64,000 nucleotides of DNA from a virus. Where the stretch lies: the IMG/VR virus record IMGVR_UViG_3300024999_000034, positions 32,001-96,000 of that record; one strand, given 5' to 3'. The position numbers and the translations under genes were made by a program. Under the pieces are notes generated by a model. The model had not been told where the DNA came from and ran no database searches. It worked only from the letters and a program-made list of their open reading frames with translations. Positions 30,434 to 41,138 of this stretch are shown one piece after another (position 1 is the first letter of the stretch; the number at the start of each line of letters is the position of its first letter).

Positions 30434-31882
30434 ATGAAAAAATGGGAAAAATTATGTTGGGATAGTTTACCGAGAAAAGGCAAATATATTGATTGGAAAA
30501 ATACTGTTGGAATGACATTGAAGGGTGTGTATAACAAACTAAACTTTGAAATATTGATAATTAATTATAATATTGTTTATCGAGTATTAACTGTTAAATA
30601 TTTAGATAAAGAAACCTATGATATTAGTGCAAATGGTTTTATTAGATGTCAATTAGGGGAATATTTGTTTGACAGAAGCAAACATAAAAGAAAAGTAGGA
30701 GATATATTTATAACAAATACGGGTGAACAATTGGAAATAACAGAGTGCTTTGAAAAGTATAATTATAAAACACAACTTTATCGTTCAAAATGGTATAAAT
30801 ACAGATGTTTAAATTGTACATATGAAGGAGAGATTATTGAGGGTAATCTGACTATTGGGCAAGGATGTTCTTGTTGTAGCAATTCTAAAGTAATTGTAGA
30901 GGGCATTAATGATATTCCAACTACTGCTCCTTGGATGGTAAAATATTTTCAAGGTGGTTACGATGAAGCAAAATTATATGTTAAAACTACCCATAAAAAG
31001 ATTAAACCTATATGCCCCGACTGCAATAGGATAAAAAATAAGGAAATGGGAATATATAACATCTATAGGAATCGTTCAATAGGATGTTCTTGTGGCGATG
31101 GTATTAGTTATCCCGAAAAGATTATGTATTCAGTTTTAGACCAATTAAATATATATTTTTTTACTCAATTAAATAAAACCATATTAGATTGGTGTGAGGG
31201 GTTTAAATATGATTTTTATATTCCTTCTCCAAGCAGTATAGTTGAGACACATGGTAAACAGCATTATGAGGAAATTTCAAGGAAATCAAAAACAACATTA
31301 ATTCAAATTCAGAAAAATGATAAAAATAAAAAGGATTTGGCATTATACAATGATGTGGATAATTATATAATTATTAATTGTAGATATTCCGAACTAAATT
31401 TTATTAAAAATAATATATTGAATAGTGAATTATCTAGTATGTTTGATCTAACTATTATAAATTGGAATAAATGTGAAGAATTCGCTACAAATAATTTAGC
31501 AAAAGAAATATGTAAATTTAAAAACAATAATGAGGTCTTATCTGCAAATAAGATTAGTAAAATATTTAAAATTGGTACAACTACAGTAACATCCTATCTT
31601 AATAAAGGTACTAAATTCGGATGGTGCAATTACGATGGCAAAGAAGAAATGAAAAGAAGTGCTTTTAAAGTTGGTAAATTAAATTCTAAAAGAGTTGAGA
31701 TTTTCAAAGATGGCAAAAGTATAGGGATATTTAAAAGTAACAACGATCTGGAAAGACAAAGCGAAGAATTATTTGGAGTTAAATTATTAAATAGTGCAAT
31801 ATCGGCAGTTTGCAGAGGGAAAAGACAATCTCATAAAGGTTATTTTTTTAAATATGTAGAGGAGGTTGTAACAAATGTTTAA
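30434..31882 (+). CDS. Zn-ribbon + PD-(D/E)XK-like + NUMOD1 putative homing endonuclease (paralog of 5516-6910)
   Basis: CLNC/CSCC/CPDC, KYDFYIP...VETHGKQHY, C-terminal SHKGYFFKY. Confidence 0.65.
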   Translation: MKKWEKLCWDSLPRKGKYIDWKNTVGMTLKGVYNKLNFEILIINYNIVYRVLTVKYLDKETYDISANGFIRCQLGEYLFDRSKHKRKVGDIFITNTGEQLEITECFEKYNYKTQLYRSKWYKYRCLNCTYEGEIIEGNLTIGQGCSCCSNSKVIVEGINDIPTTAPWMVKYFQGGYDEAKLYVKTTHKKIKPICPDCNRIKNKEMGIYNIYRNRSIGCSCGDGISYPEKIMYSVLDQLNIYFFTQLNKTILDWCEGFKYDFYIPSPSSIVETHGKQHYEEISRKSKTTLIQIQKNDKNKKDLALYNDVDNYIIINCRYSELNFIKNNILNSELSSMFDLTIINWNKCEEFATNNLAKEICKFKNNNEVLSANKISKIFKIGTTTVTSYLNKGTKFGWCNYDGKEEMKRSAFKVGKLNSKRVEIFKDGKSIGIFKSNNDLERQSEELFGVKLLNSAISAVCRGKRQSHKGYFFKYVEEVVTNV

Positions 31883-33476
31883 AGATATTAAAGACTTCTA
31901 TCCCACTCCACAGCCACTAATTAGAAAAATGCTAGAGAAAATAGACTTCAAAATGGTTTCAAGTATTCTAGAAAATTCAGCAGGTAAAGGAGATTTGGCA
32001 GACGCTATAATTGAGAAACTAAAATATGCTCATAGTTCATATTATAACCGCGAAGCAAAATGGGATCTCGATTGCATTGAGGTTGATGAAAACTTACAAC
32101 ATATTCTAAGAGGAAAAGGATATAGGGTAATTCATGATAACTATTTGACTTTTGAAAGTTTCAAACATTATGACGCTGTGATAATGAACCCTCCATTCAG
32201 CACAGGAGACAAATTTTTACTAAAAGCAATTGACATGCAAAAAGATCAAGGTGGAATTATTGTGTCATTGCTCAGTGCTGAGAACCTAAAAAATCCATAT
32301 ACCAATATTAGAAAAGACTTAGTACAAAAACTAGAGGATTATAACGCTGAAATCGAATATATTCAAAATGCTTTTATTGATTCAGAACGCTCTACAATGG
32401 TTGAGGTAGCACTAATATATGTCAACATTCCAAAAACTGAACAGTCATCTATAATTCTAGAAGGATTAAGGCAACAAGAAGTATTCCGCGAGGAAGTCCA
32501 TAACAGCGGTAAAGTGGTCAATGCAGACTTTTTAAAAGGAATAGTCCAGAAGTATAATTTTGAAGTCAAAGCAGGACTAAGATTAATTGCAGAATATGAA
32601 GCAATAAAACCATTTATACTATCTTCTTTTAAAGAAGATAGTAGTAACACAATTCTAAATTTAACTGTCAACGATAAAGATGGAAATTGTTCAAAAGAAA
32701 ATTCTTATATTAAACAAGTCAGAATGAAATATTGGCTTGCACTTTTCACCAATGAGGAATTTATGAGTCTATTTACATCAAATCTAAGGGAAAAATATAG
32801 GTCTAAAATAAGTGAGCTTAAAGACTACGATTTCAGCCTCTATAACATTTACACCATTAAAATTCAGTTAAACAACGAAATGGTAAAAGGGGTAGAGGAT
32901 ACTATTTTAAATCTATTTGAGCAATTCAGCCATAAGCACCATTGGCACGATGAAACATCAAAAAATATACACTACTTCAATGGTTGGAAGACTAATAAAG
33001 GTTGGAAAATTAACAAGAAAGTTATTATTCCTTTACATGCTTTTAACGACTATAGTGGAGAGTTTCAACCAACTGATTATAAAATTGTTGATAAACTAAC
33101 CGACACGGAAAAGGTTTTCAATTATCTTGATCAGGGAGCGACAGAGGATGTAAATATTAAAGAAACATTGAAGTTTGCTGAAGGATATGGAGACACAAAG
33201 AAAATACCACTAAAATATTTTACTGTCACATTCTATAAGAAAGGTACTTGCCATATTGAATTTACTAATTTGGATTTGCTACATAAGTTCAATTTGTTCG
33301 GATCACAAAGAAAAGGTTGGTTGCCTCCTTCATATGGAAAATCAAATTATAAAGATATGACAAAGGAAGAAAAGACTATTATTGATGAATTTGAAGGAAA
33401 AGATTCCTATGCTAATGTCATGAGCAACAAAGACTATTTTATAGTCGAGACTTCTAAGTTGTTAATGTTGGCTTAG
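31875..33476 (+). CDS. N6-adenine DNA methyltransferase with DUF4942
   Basis: DFYPTP, ILENSAGKGDLAD, IMNPPF, C-terminal FYKKGTCHIEF. Confidence 0.85.
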   Translation: MFKDIKDFYPTPQPLIRKMLEKIDFKMVSSILENSAGKGDLADAIIEKLKYAHSSYYNREAKWDLDCIEVDENLQHILRGKGYRVIHDNYLTFESFKHYDAVIMNPPFSTGDKFLLKAIDMQKDQGGIIVSLLSAENLKNPYTNIRKDLVQKLEDYNAEIEYIQNAFIDSERSTMVEVALIYVNIPKTEQSSIILEGLRQQEVFREEVHNSGKVVNADFLKGIVQKYNFEVKAGLRLIAEYEAIKPFILSSFKEDSSNTILNLTVNDKDGNCSKENSYIKQVRMKYWLALFTNEEFMSLFTSNLREKYRSKISELKDYDFSLYNIYTIKIQLNNEMVKGVEDTILNLFEQFSHKHHWHDETSKNIHYFNGWKTNKGWKINKKVIIPLHAFNDYSGEFQPTDYKIVDKLTDTEKVFNYLDQGATEDVNIKETLKFAEGYGDTKKIPLKYFTVTFYKKGTCHIEFTNLDLLHKFNLFGSQRKGWLPPSYGKSNYKDMTKEEKTIIDEFEGKDSYANVMSNKDYFIVETSKLLMLA

Positions 33477-33773
33477 ATTTGACAATGCAAAAGGCTGTAT
33501 AAGCTATAACAGCCACACTACAAGGGTTCGAGGGTATCCCTAGAAAATACCCTTTAAATAATTATTTTTAAATTCACTCTATCCCTACTTATAAATTCTA
33601 TGACATCATGATATAATAAGTCATGGACTAAAGCAACAAATAATTATTTTGATGATGCCTAAGATCCTGCAAACTATAACAATCATAACAATAGGTTGCA
33701 GGTGCTTGGAGTTTATCAAGGTAGGTAAGTATGATAAACTAGAGGAAGAATTAAGGAGGAATACATATTATGG

Positions 33774-34004
33774 ATGAAAAACATGAACTTAAAAGAGCAA
33801 TATGCAGCACGATTAGAGGAAATTTTTAAGAAATATGATCTTGATGGTGGTATGATACATTCGGCTTATGAGAGAGGGATTCAGACAGAAAACTTTTCAT
33901 CATGCTATATTGATTCTAGGGTAAAAAATTCTAAGAAAATAAGCACAGAGCTTGCAATTCTCTTGGATTATTACTTTCAGGATTTTCCAAATGCTAAAAT
34001 GTAA
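33774..34004 (+). CDS. hypothetical protein
   Basis: GGAGG RBS. Confidence 0.6.
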   Translation: MKNMNLKEQYAARLEEIFKKYDLDGGMIHSAYERGIQTENFSSCYIDSRVKNSKKISTELAILLDYYFQDFPNAKM

Positions 34005-34402
34005 TTCCAACGAAATACGAATTTCTTGTGAAATGAAAGGAAGTTTTAAAATGGATAAATTGACATTAATGTGTAATAATTGCTATGAAGTAGTTGTGAA
34101 TTGTGGCGAAACTCCTATTGATTGTCCTCATTGTGGATCAATAGAAACATGGGTTTTAAAAATCCCTATGAAGGAGAGTGTTAGAAATGCTAAATAAATC
34201 AAAATTAACCAAACACCGCAAGTATATCAAGAAGCGTAAAAAAGTTTGGATTGCTTTATATGGATTGCCTTATCCGGTTAAACAAAATTATAGTCCTATT
34301 ACTTATCTATAGGTCAATCAATGCAGAGTGGTAGAGCGTAATAACAATCAACGCTCTATTAATGCACAGAGCAGGTCACAAGTCCTGCTCAGATGCTAAA
34401 TA

Positions 34403-34882
34403 TTGAGGAGAGTGTACATAATGGCTAAAAGAATTATGAATGAGGTTAAAGTTTTTGTAATACGTTCTCAAAGAGATAGTTCCATCAGAGGCGAACGCGT
34501 TTTCTTAAACGAGCAATACGCAAAAAGTTTAGAATACGATTGTACTTATTTAGGTGGAGAGGATGTATATATAGATTCTATAACATTACCTTTTGTCGGC
34601 AAGCATGTTTCATATGTAGATGTATACAGAGGTTTTGACTATGATTACCCAGGAATGCATGATGCGGTTTATAAATCTGAATTATATCCATCTATTGAAC
34701 AAGCAAAATCAAGCAGAGCATGGAAACAAATCGAACAAGAGGTAGCAAAAGATCCTGAAGAATTCAATGTTTATCAAGATAAAATTTGTTCAAAGGATTA
34801 TGGTGGAGAAGACTGGTATTATGGAGATGTCATGGAAGGAAAGGTTTCAGCAAAAATAAAAAGGCTAAAAGTTATTCATTAA
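34403..34882 (+). CDS. hypothetical protein (start probably 34421)
   Basis: GAGGAG RBS. Confidence 0.7.
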   Translation: MRRVYIMAKRIMNEVKVFVIRSQRDSSIRGERVFLNEQYAKSLEYDCTYLGGEDVYIDSITLPFVGKHVSYVDVYRGFDYDYPGMHDAVYKSELYPSIEQAKSSRAWKQIEQEVAKDPEEFNVYQDKICSKDYGGEDWYYGDVMEGKVSAKIKRLKVIH

Positions 34883-34986
34883 ACCTTGCAGAAGACAACC
34901 GCAATATAACAATAACAATCATGCGGTTGTAATGCACCAGCGCACGTTCCAAGTCGTGGCAGGATGCTAAAGAGGAGGTTAAATAT

Positions 34987-35172
34987 ATGCATATTAATTT
35001 AGTTCTAAATGATGAACAAACCAATTCAATTAAACAATCTTTATTTTCTGTATTATCTACTGGAGAATTAGCAGGTACTTTGTTTTCTAGAGTTATTACT
35101 GATAAATTCAATACCAATGAAAGCAAAGAACTAAAAACTGCATTAATTAATTTTTTAAGGTCTATTGAGTAA
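34987..35172 (+). CDS. hypothetical protein
   Basis: GAGGAGG RBS. Confidence 0.65.
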   Translation: MHINLVLNDEQTNSIKQSLFSVLSTGELAGTLFSRVITDKFNTNESKELKTALINFLRSIE

Positions 35173-35274
35173 CTTCCCATGAAACTTACATTTCCAAGGC
35201 TCTAGCATCCACCACAATCCTTCCATAACGCACGCACGTATGCTATACTTGTAATAACAGAAGGAGGTATCACG

Positions 35275-35418
35275 ATGCAGGTATCACTAAATACTAGAAT
35301 CGAATTAGAATTACGTCAAAGACTAGACACTCATATCAAAAAAGTGAACCGTCCAATAGCTCAAATAGTTGCAGAAGCTATTGAAAAATATTTAGACGAA
35401 AAGGAGAAAAAAGACTAA
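35275..35418 (+). CDS. ribbon-helix-helix DNA-binding protein (not in ORF track)
   Basis: AAGGAGGT RBS; MQVSLNTRIELELRQRLDTHIKKVNRPIAQIVAEAIEKYLDEKEKKD. Confidence 0.75.
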   Translation: MQVSLNTRIELELRQRLDTHIKKVNRPIAQIVAEAIEKYLDEKEKKD

Positions 35419-35495
35419 ATTTTTATTGACGTATGCGTGCAAGCGTGATATATTGTTATTAATCTATTTGAATATTATTTATTAATTTAAAGGAA

Positions 35496-35768
35496 GTGCT
35501 AATTGTGTTTAGAGACGAAGAAGAAAAAGTAATGACTTCTAAAATCCAAAAAGTTAAACACACTATTAACAAAATCTTAGAGGGATGCGAAAATTGTCCA
35601 GAAGTCCAATATGGTTGGAGTGGTATGAGTATTGATGTATATTTATCTGGTGGTAGTTATCAAGTCAGAAATATGGTCGAAAGTCATTTCGTATACAGTA
35701 GAAAATATAGAGGGGTTGAAATATCAAATAATGACACCAAGAAACGCATTAGTTTTGTTCTTGCTTAA
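35496..35768 (+). CDS. hypothetical protein
   Basis: 90 aa ORF after promoter 35426-35454. Confidence 0.6.
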   Translation: MLIVFRDEEEKVMTSKIQKVKHTINKILEGCENCPEVQYGWSGMSIDVYLSGGSYQVRNMVESHFVYSRKYRGVEISNNDTKKRISFVLA

Positions 35769-35793
35769 ATCTTAAAAGAGGGAGTTTTTAAAA

Positions 35794-36111
35794 ATGAATG
35801 ATGAGAATTTAAGAAAAGCATGGAAAACATTTGGTTGGGATAAACAAAAACCAGAAGAATTTAAGGCAATTGGAACACCTGAATTTGAAGAAATGCTAAA
35901 AGAATCAAAAATTGAAAAAATGATCAAAAACCTAGATGTCACTGAAAAAGATGCAAATTATATCAAAGATTCTCTAGTAGAAATTCAAATGCATCCTGAA
36001 GAAATCCTGGAAGTCAAAGAATCTGGTCAATTTACTTCAGACGGAGACATAATTTACAAAGTGGTTTTAACCTTAGATGGAGACATGGAAAGATTCGTTT
36101 GTTATATTTGA
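35794..36111 (+). CDS. hypothetical protein
   Basis: GAGGGAG RBS. Confidence 0.7.
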   Translation: MNDENLRKAWKTFGWDKQKPEEFKAIGTPEFEEMLKESKIEKMIKNLDVTEKDANYIKDSLVEIQMHPEEILEVKESGQFTSDGDIIYKVVLTLDGDMERFVCYI

Positions 36112-36210
36112 GTGATTTGTAGATTAAAGCCAGAGATACAGGACTTTAAGCATAACAATAACAGTTCTATATCTCTCCTTTAGTCTATTAATTAGAAAGA
36201 AGGTCGTAAA

Positions 36211-36732
36211 ATGAAAATCAACGTTCTACACAGTCAACAAGATCCATTTTCCCAAACTATTCTATATGCTCCAGAACTTATTATTTCTGAAGCAATCCAC
36301 ATTGCTGAAAAATGTTTTCCTGCTGTAAGATTCTCAGAATTATATCCTCAAGAATATTTCTTCATTCTTGAAAGTGAAATCTGTCAATATGAAGAATATT
36401 CACGATATTCCAAAAAACCATCTATATACTCCTATTTTGGTGGGAAAGAAGAATTAGAAGTAAAATTCCAAGAAATGTATGAGAAGCAAATGAATAAATT
36501 AGGAGAATGTAAAATGGAAGATGCCATACTCATTAAAACCTACAATATTGGAGGCAAAACAACTGAACTACGTTTCACACCAAAAGCCAATACTCAAACA
36601 TGGCCAGGATATGATGACTCATTACCTTTACGCTATGCAGGATATTGGTATGGAACACATGACAACCATGAACACATTGGAAAGACAGAGAAAGAAGCAA
36701 TGGAATATCTTGCAGGAAATTATGGTATTTGA
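36211..36732 (+). CDS. hypothetical protein
   Basis: 173 aa. Confidence 0.65.
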   Translation: MKINVLHSQQDPFSQTILYAPELIISEAIHIAEKCFPAVRFSELYPQEYFFILESEICQYEEYSRYSKKPSIYSYFGGKEELEVKFQEMYEKQMNKLGECKMEDAILIKTYNIGGKTTELRFTPKANTQTWPGYDDSLPLRYAGYWYGTHDNHEHIGKTEKEAMEYLAGNYGI

Positions 36733-36946
36733 TTAATTGAATTTGGATTCAATACACCATAAACCTATAATCTCTATAACAATCGCGGTGTATTGATTCG
36801 AGGTAAAATTAGTTAAATTAAGGAGTGAAGGAAATGAAAAAATGTTTTACTTTTAATATTTTTGCTACCAAAGAAAAGGCAGAAGCGTATGCAAAAGAGA
36901 TTCACAAACGAAAATATACAATTAGTGAGACAACCGATAAAAGCGG

Positions 36947-37240
36947 TTGGATACTTGCTTATTATCAGTGGAATTGATTTACTTTAAATCAATAATTTTC
37001 TGGGAAATGAAAGGAGTTTTATTAATGGAGAAGACTAAAGAACAGCACTACACAGAAGTAATTAACAATATGCTTCAAAGAGAATTAGAAGATTTGAAGA
37101 CAATTGTTCGAGACGTTGAAAAGGTATTGAAAGCGGATCTAATGAGCATTGACAACAAAGCTATTAAAGTATTAGAGATTATGCAAATGGTAAGATTTAA
37201 TACAGAGATTCTTAGAGAACTTCAACAAATGAAAAGGTAA
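36947..37240 (+). CDS. hypothetical protein (start probably about 37024)
   Basis: AAAGGAG before internal ATG. Confidence 0.6.
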   Translation: MDTCLLSVELIYFKSIIFWEMKGVLLMEKTKEQHYTEVINNMLQRELEDLKTIVRDVEKVLKADLMSIDNKAIKVLEIMQMVRFNTEILRELQQMKR

Positions 37241-37370
37241 ATAGGGCACTCAAAGCCCTTCCAAGCATCCTTGCAACGCTCATAACAGCATAACACCAAA
37301 CACTTGCAGAGCAAGGGGGTTTAGAAGAGTTCTGAAGACTCTATAAATAAAATCTAAGGAGGAATGTAAA

Positions 37371-37694
37371 ATGTATAAATGTGAATGTGTAAGATGTGGA
37401 TGGACAATAACCAATGATGACAGAGAAGAAATTATTCAAATTATTAAAGAAGGTGGTGGAGAGTATAAGGAATATGAATATTCAGAATGTCCTAGTTGTA
37501 TGCTTGACGGTTTGGATATTAGTCTAATTCCTGAATTAAATTTAAGCGAAAGCTTTAAACCAATTAAGTGTAAAGACTGTAATGAAGAATTTTATATTGC
37601 AGATGGCGAAAGAAAATTCTTTGAATCGAAAGGATTAAACTTACCAGTGAGATGTCATTTTTGTAGAGATAAAAGAAAAAATTATGCACGATAA
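37371..37694 (+). CDS. Zn-ribbon protein (zf-trcl-like CxxC-x17-CxxC)
   Basis: IKCKDCNEEFYIADGERKFFESKGLNLPVRCHFCR. Confidence 0.75.
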   Translation: MYKCECVRCGWTITNDDREEIIQIIKEGGGEYKEYEYSECPSCMLDGLDISLIPELNLSESFKPIKCKDCNEEFYIADGERKFFESKGLNLPVRCHFCRDKRKNYAR

Positions 37695-38009
37695 ATAAAC
37701 TACACTATCTAAAGAGCTTATGCTCTTTGCTCAGTCCTTGTATAACAAAACTCAATATAACAGTGGGTATACAAGGGTTGACCAAAGGATATAAACCTAA
37801 TCGATATATCCTAAAATAAATAAAGGAGGAGGAAACAATCATGAATTTAAAACTACTCAAGGAATTCAAAGCAATTTGTGCCGAACATCCTCAAGTCCCT
37901 TTTACTATGGATGCTTTCGAAAAATTCATTGCTCATATTTCCAAATAATCTACATATTCTATATCATCTAACCAAATCACTAAATAAATTTATGAAAGAA
38001 GGTATTCCA

Positions 38010-38294
38010 ATGCAAAAACCTAAAAACATGAAAAACTTAACTCATTCTGCTTCAAAATTAAATATCCTATACTTAGGCAAAGAAATTGTTTACACTGGCG
38101 AAGGTCACTCTCTAAAGCCTTACAGGGGAGAAATCATCAACATTGCTTACTACTCAAACCTTGAACCTGTTCCATATGCCGAGATTAAACTTAAAATCTG
38201 GAATAACCGGACAGTAACTAAGATCATGAAGTTATCTGATGTTGTGCTAGTATCCTCTATTAAGAAATCAAAGAAATCCAGAGTAGCAGCTTAA
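38010..38294 (+). CDS. SH3-like hypothetical protein
   Basis: AGAAGG then MQKPKNM; track ORF over-extended at 5' end. Confidence 0.55.
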   Translation: MQKPKNMKNLTHSASKLNILYLGKEIVYTGEGHSLKPYRGEIINIAYYSNLEPVPYAEIKLKIWNNRTVTKIMKLSDVVLVSSIKKSKKSRVAA

Positions 38295-38457
38295 TTCAAT
38301 ATCTTTTATATGGACACTGTATGATGTAAAATAATTATAACAATTGATGCCAATACGTTGTACAGTGTAATTCTTAAAGGATATTGTATAAATACAAACT
38401 ATCAATTAAATATCTCATTTTCACTATAACAAATCAAGTTAGGAGGTTGGAGCCACA

Positions 38458-38718
38458 ATGTCAAAATCAAAAGTATCAAAGTCAAATCATGAAATAATTT
38501 ATATCATTGCAAAATCTAAAGGATTCGTATATAATGGAGAAAATATATTTACATATGCAGACTGGTTAGCAAAAGGTTTTAGAGTAATCAAAGGTGAAAG
38601 AGCTTTCTCTACAACCAACTTATGGACCAAAGGAATCAATCGAAGAAAAACTTTGCAAAGTATTTTTACTATTGATCAAGTGGTTAAAATTTATACTAAG
38701 GAGTTGATTATGGTATAA
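38458..38718 (+). CDS. ArdC-like ssDNA-binding domain (stand-alone)
   Basis: FTYADWLAKGFRVIKGERA...IFTIDQV. Confidence 0.65.
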   Translation: MSKSKVSKSNHEIIYIIAKSKGFVYNGENIFTYADWLAKGFRVIKGERAFSTTNLWTKGINRRKTLQSIFTIDQVVKIYTKELIMV

Positions 38719-38890
38719 TTTCCATAACAATTCCACTTTAGAATCACAAGGAGGTTAATATGACATATAAATTCAAGCAAGCAATTGTAAGTCAAGATCA
38801 ATATGTTTATGGTTTTAGATTTTATCTATCAATTGTGAAGTGGTATAGATAATCCATCAAACTAAATTAAATTATTAGGAGGAATTAAAA

Positions 38891-39262
38891 ATGATGCTAA
38901 CTGAAACTAAAATTGACCAAATGAGAAGAGATGTTTCCAGAATGAATCAAGCAACTGAATTCTTTATGTGGTATTCTGAAGAATATACACAAGAATGTAT
39001 TAAAAATCAAACACAACGTCCCAACATTATGATTATTAATGAAAAACCTTATCTAGTTTGTGGCTTAAGTTATTCAATTATGGAAATTCCTAAATGGTGC
39101 TATAGAAATGATACTAAATTTATTGGTGTAATTCCTAAAAGACTTCCTACATATCTAGATTTAGGAAATGATGAATCATATTCTAAATTGTTTGAAGATG
39201 CTTATAACAATTCTCATGTTACCGAACCAGTAAATGGAATTATAGAAAGGTTGTGTAATTGA
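38891..39262 (+). CDS. hypothetical protein
   Basis: AGGAGG RBS. Confidence 0.7.
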   Translation: MMLTETKIDQMRRDVSRMNQATEFFMWYSEEYTQECIKNQTQRPNIMIINEKPYLVCGLSYSIMEIPKWCYRNDTKFIGVIPKRLPTYLDLGNDESYSKLFEDAYNNSHVTEPVNGIIERLCN

Positions 39263-39651
39263 TGGAATTAGGCAATATTGTAAAAACCAAAGATCAAAGA
39301 CAAGGTAAAATTGTTCAAATTCAATTATCTTTAACTAGTAGAAAAATTTATGTAGTAGAATTTACTCAAAATGTTAGTGATGGATTTTTTGAGGAAGAAC
39401 TTGAGTTGGTTGACAATACTACAGTTTGGTATGATGTATTTGAAGCAATACGAGAATTATACAGGGATAAAAGCAAGAAAGCAGTATCGAAGAAAGGAGA
39501 AATTAAGTGGATAGAAAGGACTCTAGACAATATCTCAAAGGATAAGGTTAAAGACCTTGTATATATCAATGTGAATGGATTCGAGCATAATATACTTAGA
39601 GATATTGTGTTAGAATCATTGAACTTCAATATATGGTCTATTGTTGAGTAG
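39259..39651 (+). CDS. protein with N-terminal KOW/SH3-like barrel
   Basis: LGNIVKTKDQRQGKIVQI...YVVEF...FFEEELELV. Confidence 0.55.
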   Translation: MMELGNIVKTKDQRQGKIVQIQLSLTSRKIYVVEFTQNVSDGFFEEELELVDNTTVWYDVFEAIRELYRDKSKKAVSKKGEIKWIERTLDNISKDKVKDLVYINVNGFEHNILRDIVLESLNFNIWSIVE

Positions 39652-39728
39652 AAATGTCATTTATGATATAACAGTTTGAGTTCTGAGGCTCTAGAGGATT
39701 TTTAATTAAATTAATTGGAGGAATAAAA

Positions 39729-40136
39729 ATGAAAATTGATAAAGCAAAGTTTATAGAACAGTGCGTAGAATCAAACGAATGTATAATTGAAGAATTCCAT
39801 GATTATTTTGAAGTAGTCTCTTGTAATTGTAAATACGAAAATTGCGAAGGTTGGCAATTGATAACAAAAGAAAATGCATTTGAAAAATTGCGAGATAAAG
39901 TATTGAATAATAATTTAAAAATCAAGTTAAACAAATTAGGATTTAAATCAGTTTTAATTGAAGAAGATAATCTAAATAATATCTATGTAAAAGTGTGGTT
40001 CAATTTTGAAATGAATGGTAAAATACATTCAGATGGTAGACATGAGTTTTGCGATATTGGAAATTCAGAAGAAACATTGAATTATATTATTAAGTGGATT
40101 GATGATAAGGAAAAAGGATTTAAGGTAATTTTGTAA
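39729..40136 (+). CDS. hypothetical protein
   Basis: GGAGG RBS. Confidence 0.7.
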   Translation: MKIDKAKFIEQCVESNECIIEEFHDYFEVVSCNCKYENCEGWQLITKENAFEKLRDKVLNNNLKIKLNKLGFKSVLIEEDNLNNIYVKVWFNFEMNGKIHSDGRHEFCDIGNSEETLNYIIKWIDDKEKGFKVIL

Positions 40137-40178
40137 ATTCTATATCCTTCGAATCTATTATTTCCAAGTATTCTAAAT

Positions 40179-40697
40179 TTGAAGGAGCGTGTATTTATTA
40201 TGAAAAGACTATGTATTAACTATGAATTTGAACAAGAGATTCCAAAAGAAATACTCAAGGATAAAAATGTATACACTAGTGAAATCGGCTTTATCATTGT
40301 AAAAACTGAATACAAAAAGAAGTTTGAAAAGAAGTACGATATTCCATTAACAGACTTTTCAGAATGGTTTACGAAAAGATATAGTGAAACTAAAACGATT
40401 CATGAATTAATTTATGAAATATTAGAGGATGAACCACTTCTGAAGGATGAATGGGTAGAGCAAGATTTTACTGATAAATATTCTTCAGAAATGATTAAAT
40501 CAACACTCAATAAATTATCTTTTATGTCTGATGATAAAATTATTGAGTATATTTTAAGTTACAAGTTGGAAGAAGCATTGAAAATTGTTATTAAACCCTT
40601 TATAATGAATGAATCAATCAAAAAATATCAAGAGCGTGTTAAGGGTTTAGAAGATCAATATCGTATTGATTATTATAAGAAAATTACTGACCTTTAA
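40179..40697 (+). CDS. hypothetical protein
   Basis: 172 aa, AAGGAG before internal ATG. Confidence 0.65.
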   Translation: MKERVFIMKRLCINYEFEQEIPKEILKDKNVYTSEIGFIIVKTEYKKKFEKKYDIPLTDFSEWFTKRYSETKTIHELIYEILEDEPLLKDEWVEQDFTDKYSSEMIKSTLNKLSFMSDDKIIEYILSYKLEEALKIVIKPFIMNESIKKYQERVKGLEDQYRIDYYKKITDL

Positions 40698-40891
40698 AAA
40701 GCAAGGTTTATTGGAGTTTAAATAAGAAAGGAATTGAATATTAATGGAAATTTTCAAAATCAAAGACATTGATTATTGTTCTAAATGCCCATATAAAAGT
40801 AAATAACTCTGGTTTGAGCCAGTATAAAAAAGTATCTTAAGCTTGGTATGGTTGTTTAACTCTGTTAGGTGGTATAACAAATAACAGGAGG

Positions 40892-41074
40892 ATGATTAAA
40901 ATGACAAATTATGAAAAAATTATGAACATGAGCATTGAAGAATTTGCAAAAACTAGAATCAATTATGATCCTGAGTGGGGCGAATATGGAAATGATATTT
41001 CAGGTAATGTATATGTATACGAAAATGATGCAATTGAAGATGAAATTAAATGGTTAAAACAAAAGGTAGAATAA
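40892..41074 (+). CDS. hypothetical protein
   Basis: GGAGG RBS. Confidence 0.65.
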   Translation: MIKMTNYEKIMNMSIEEFAKTRINYDPEWGEYGNDISGNVYVYENDAIEDEIKWLKQKVE

Positions 41075-41138
41075 CGATGTCTAATACTATCAAAAGTAAA
41101 TTTTAAATGTATATTTAAAAGAAAGAAGGAATTTAATT

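Noticed and set aside
34317-34395. Functional tRNA gene
   Set aside because: No acceptor stem, no 7-nt anticodon loop and a non-canonical T loop.
22604-37780. Recurring CAAGGGTT-like strings (about 22604, 33521, 37312, 37771)
   Set aside because: Few copies, partly explained as 3' arms of the hairpins, and no consistent spacing to support a separate site.
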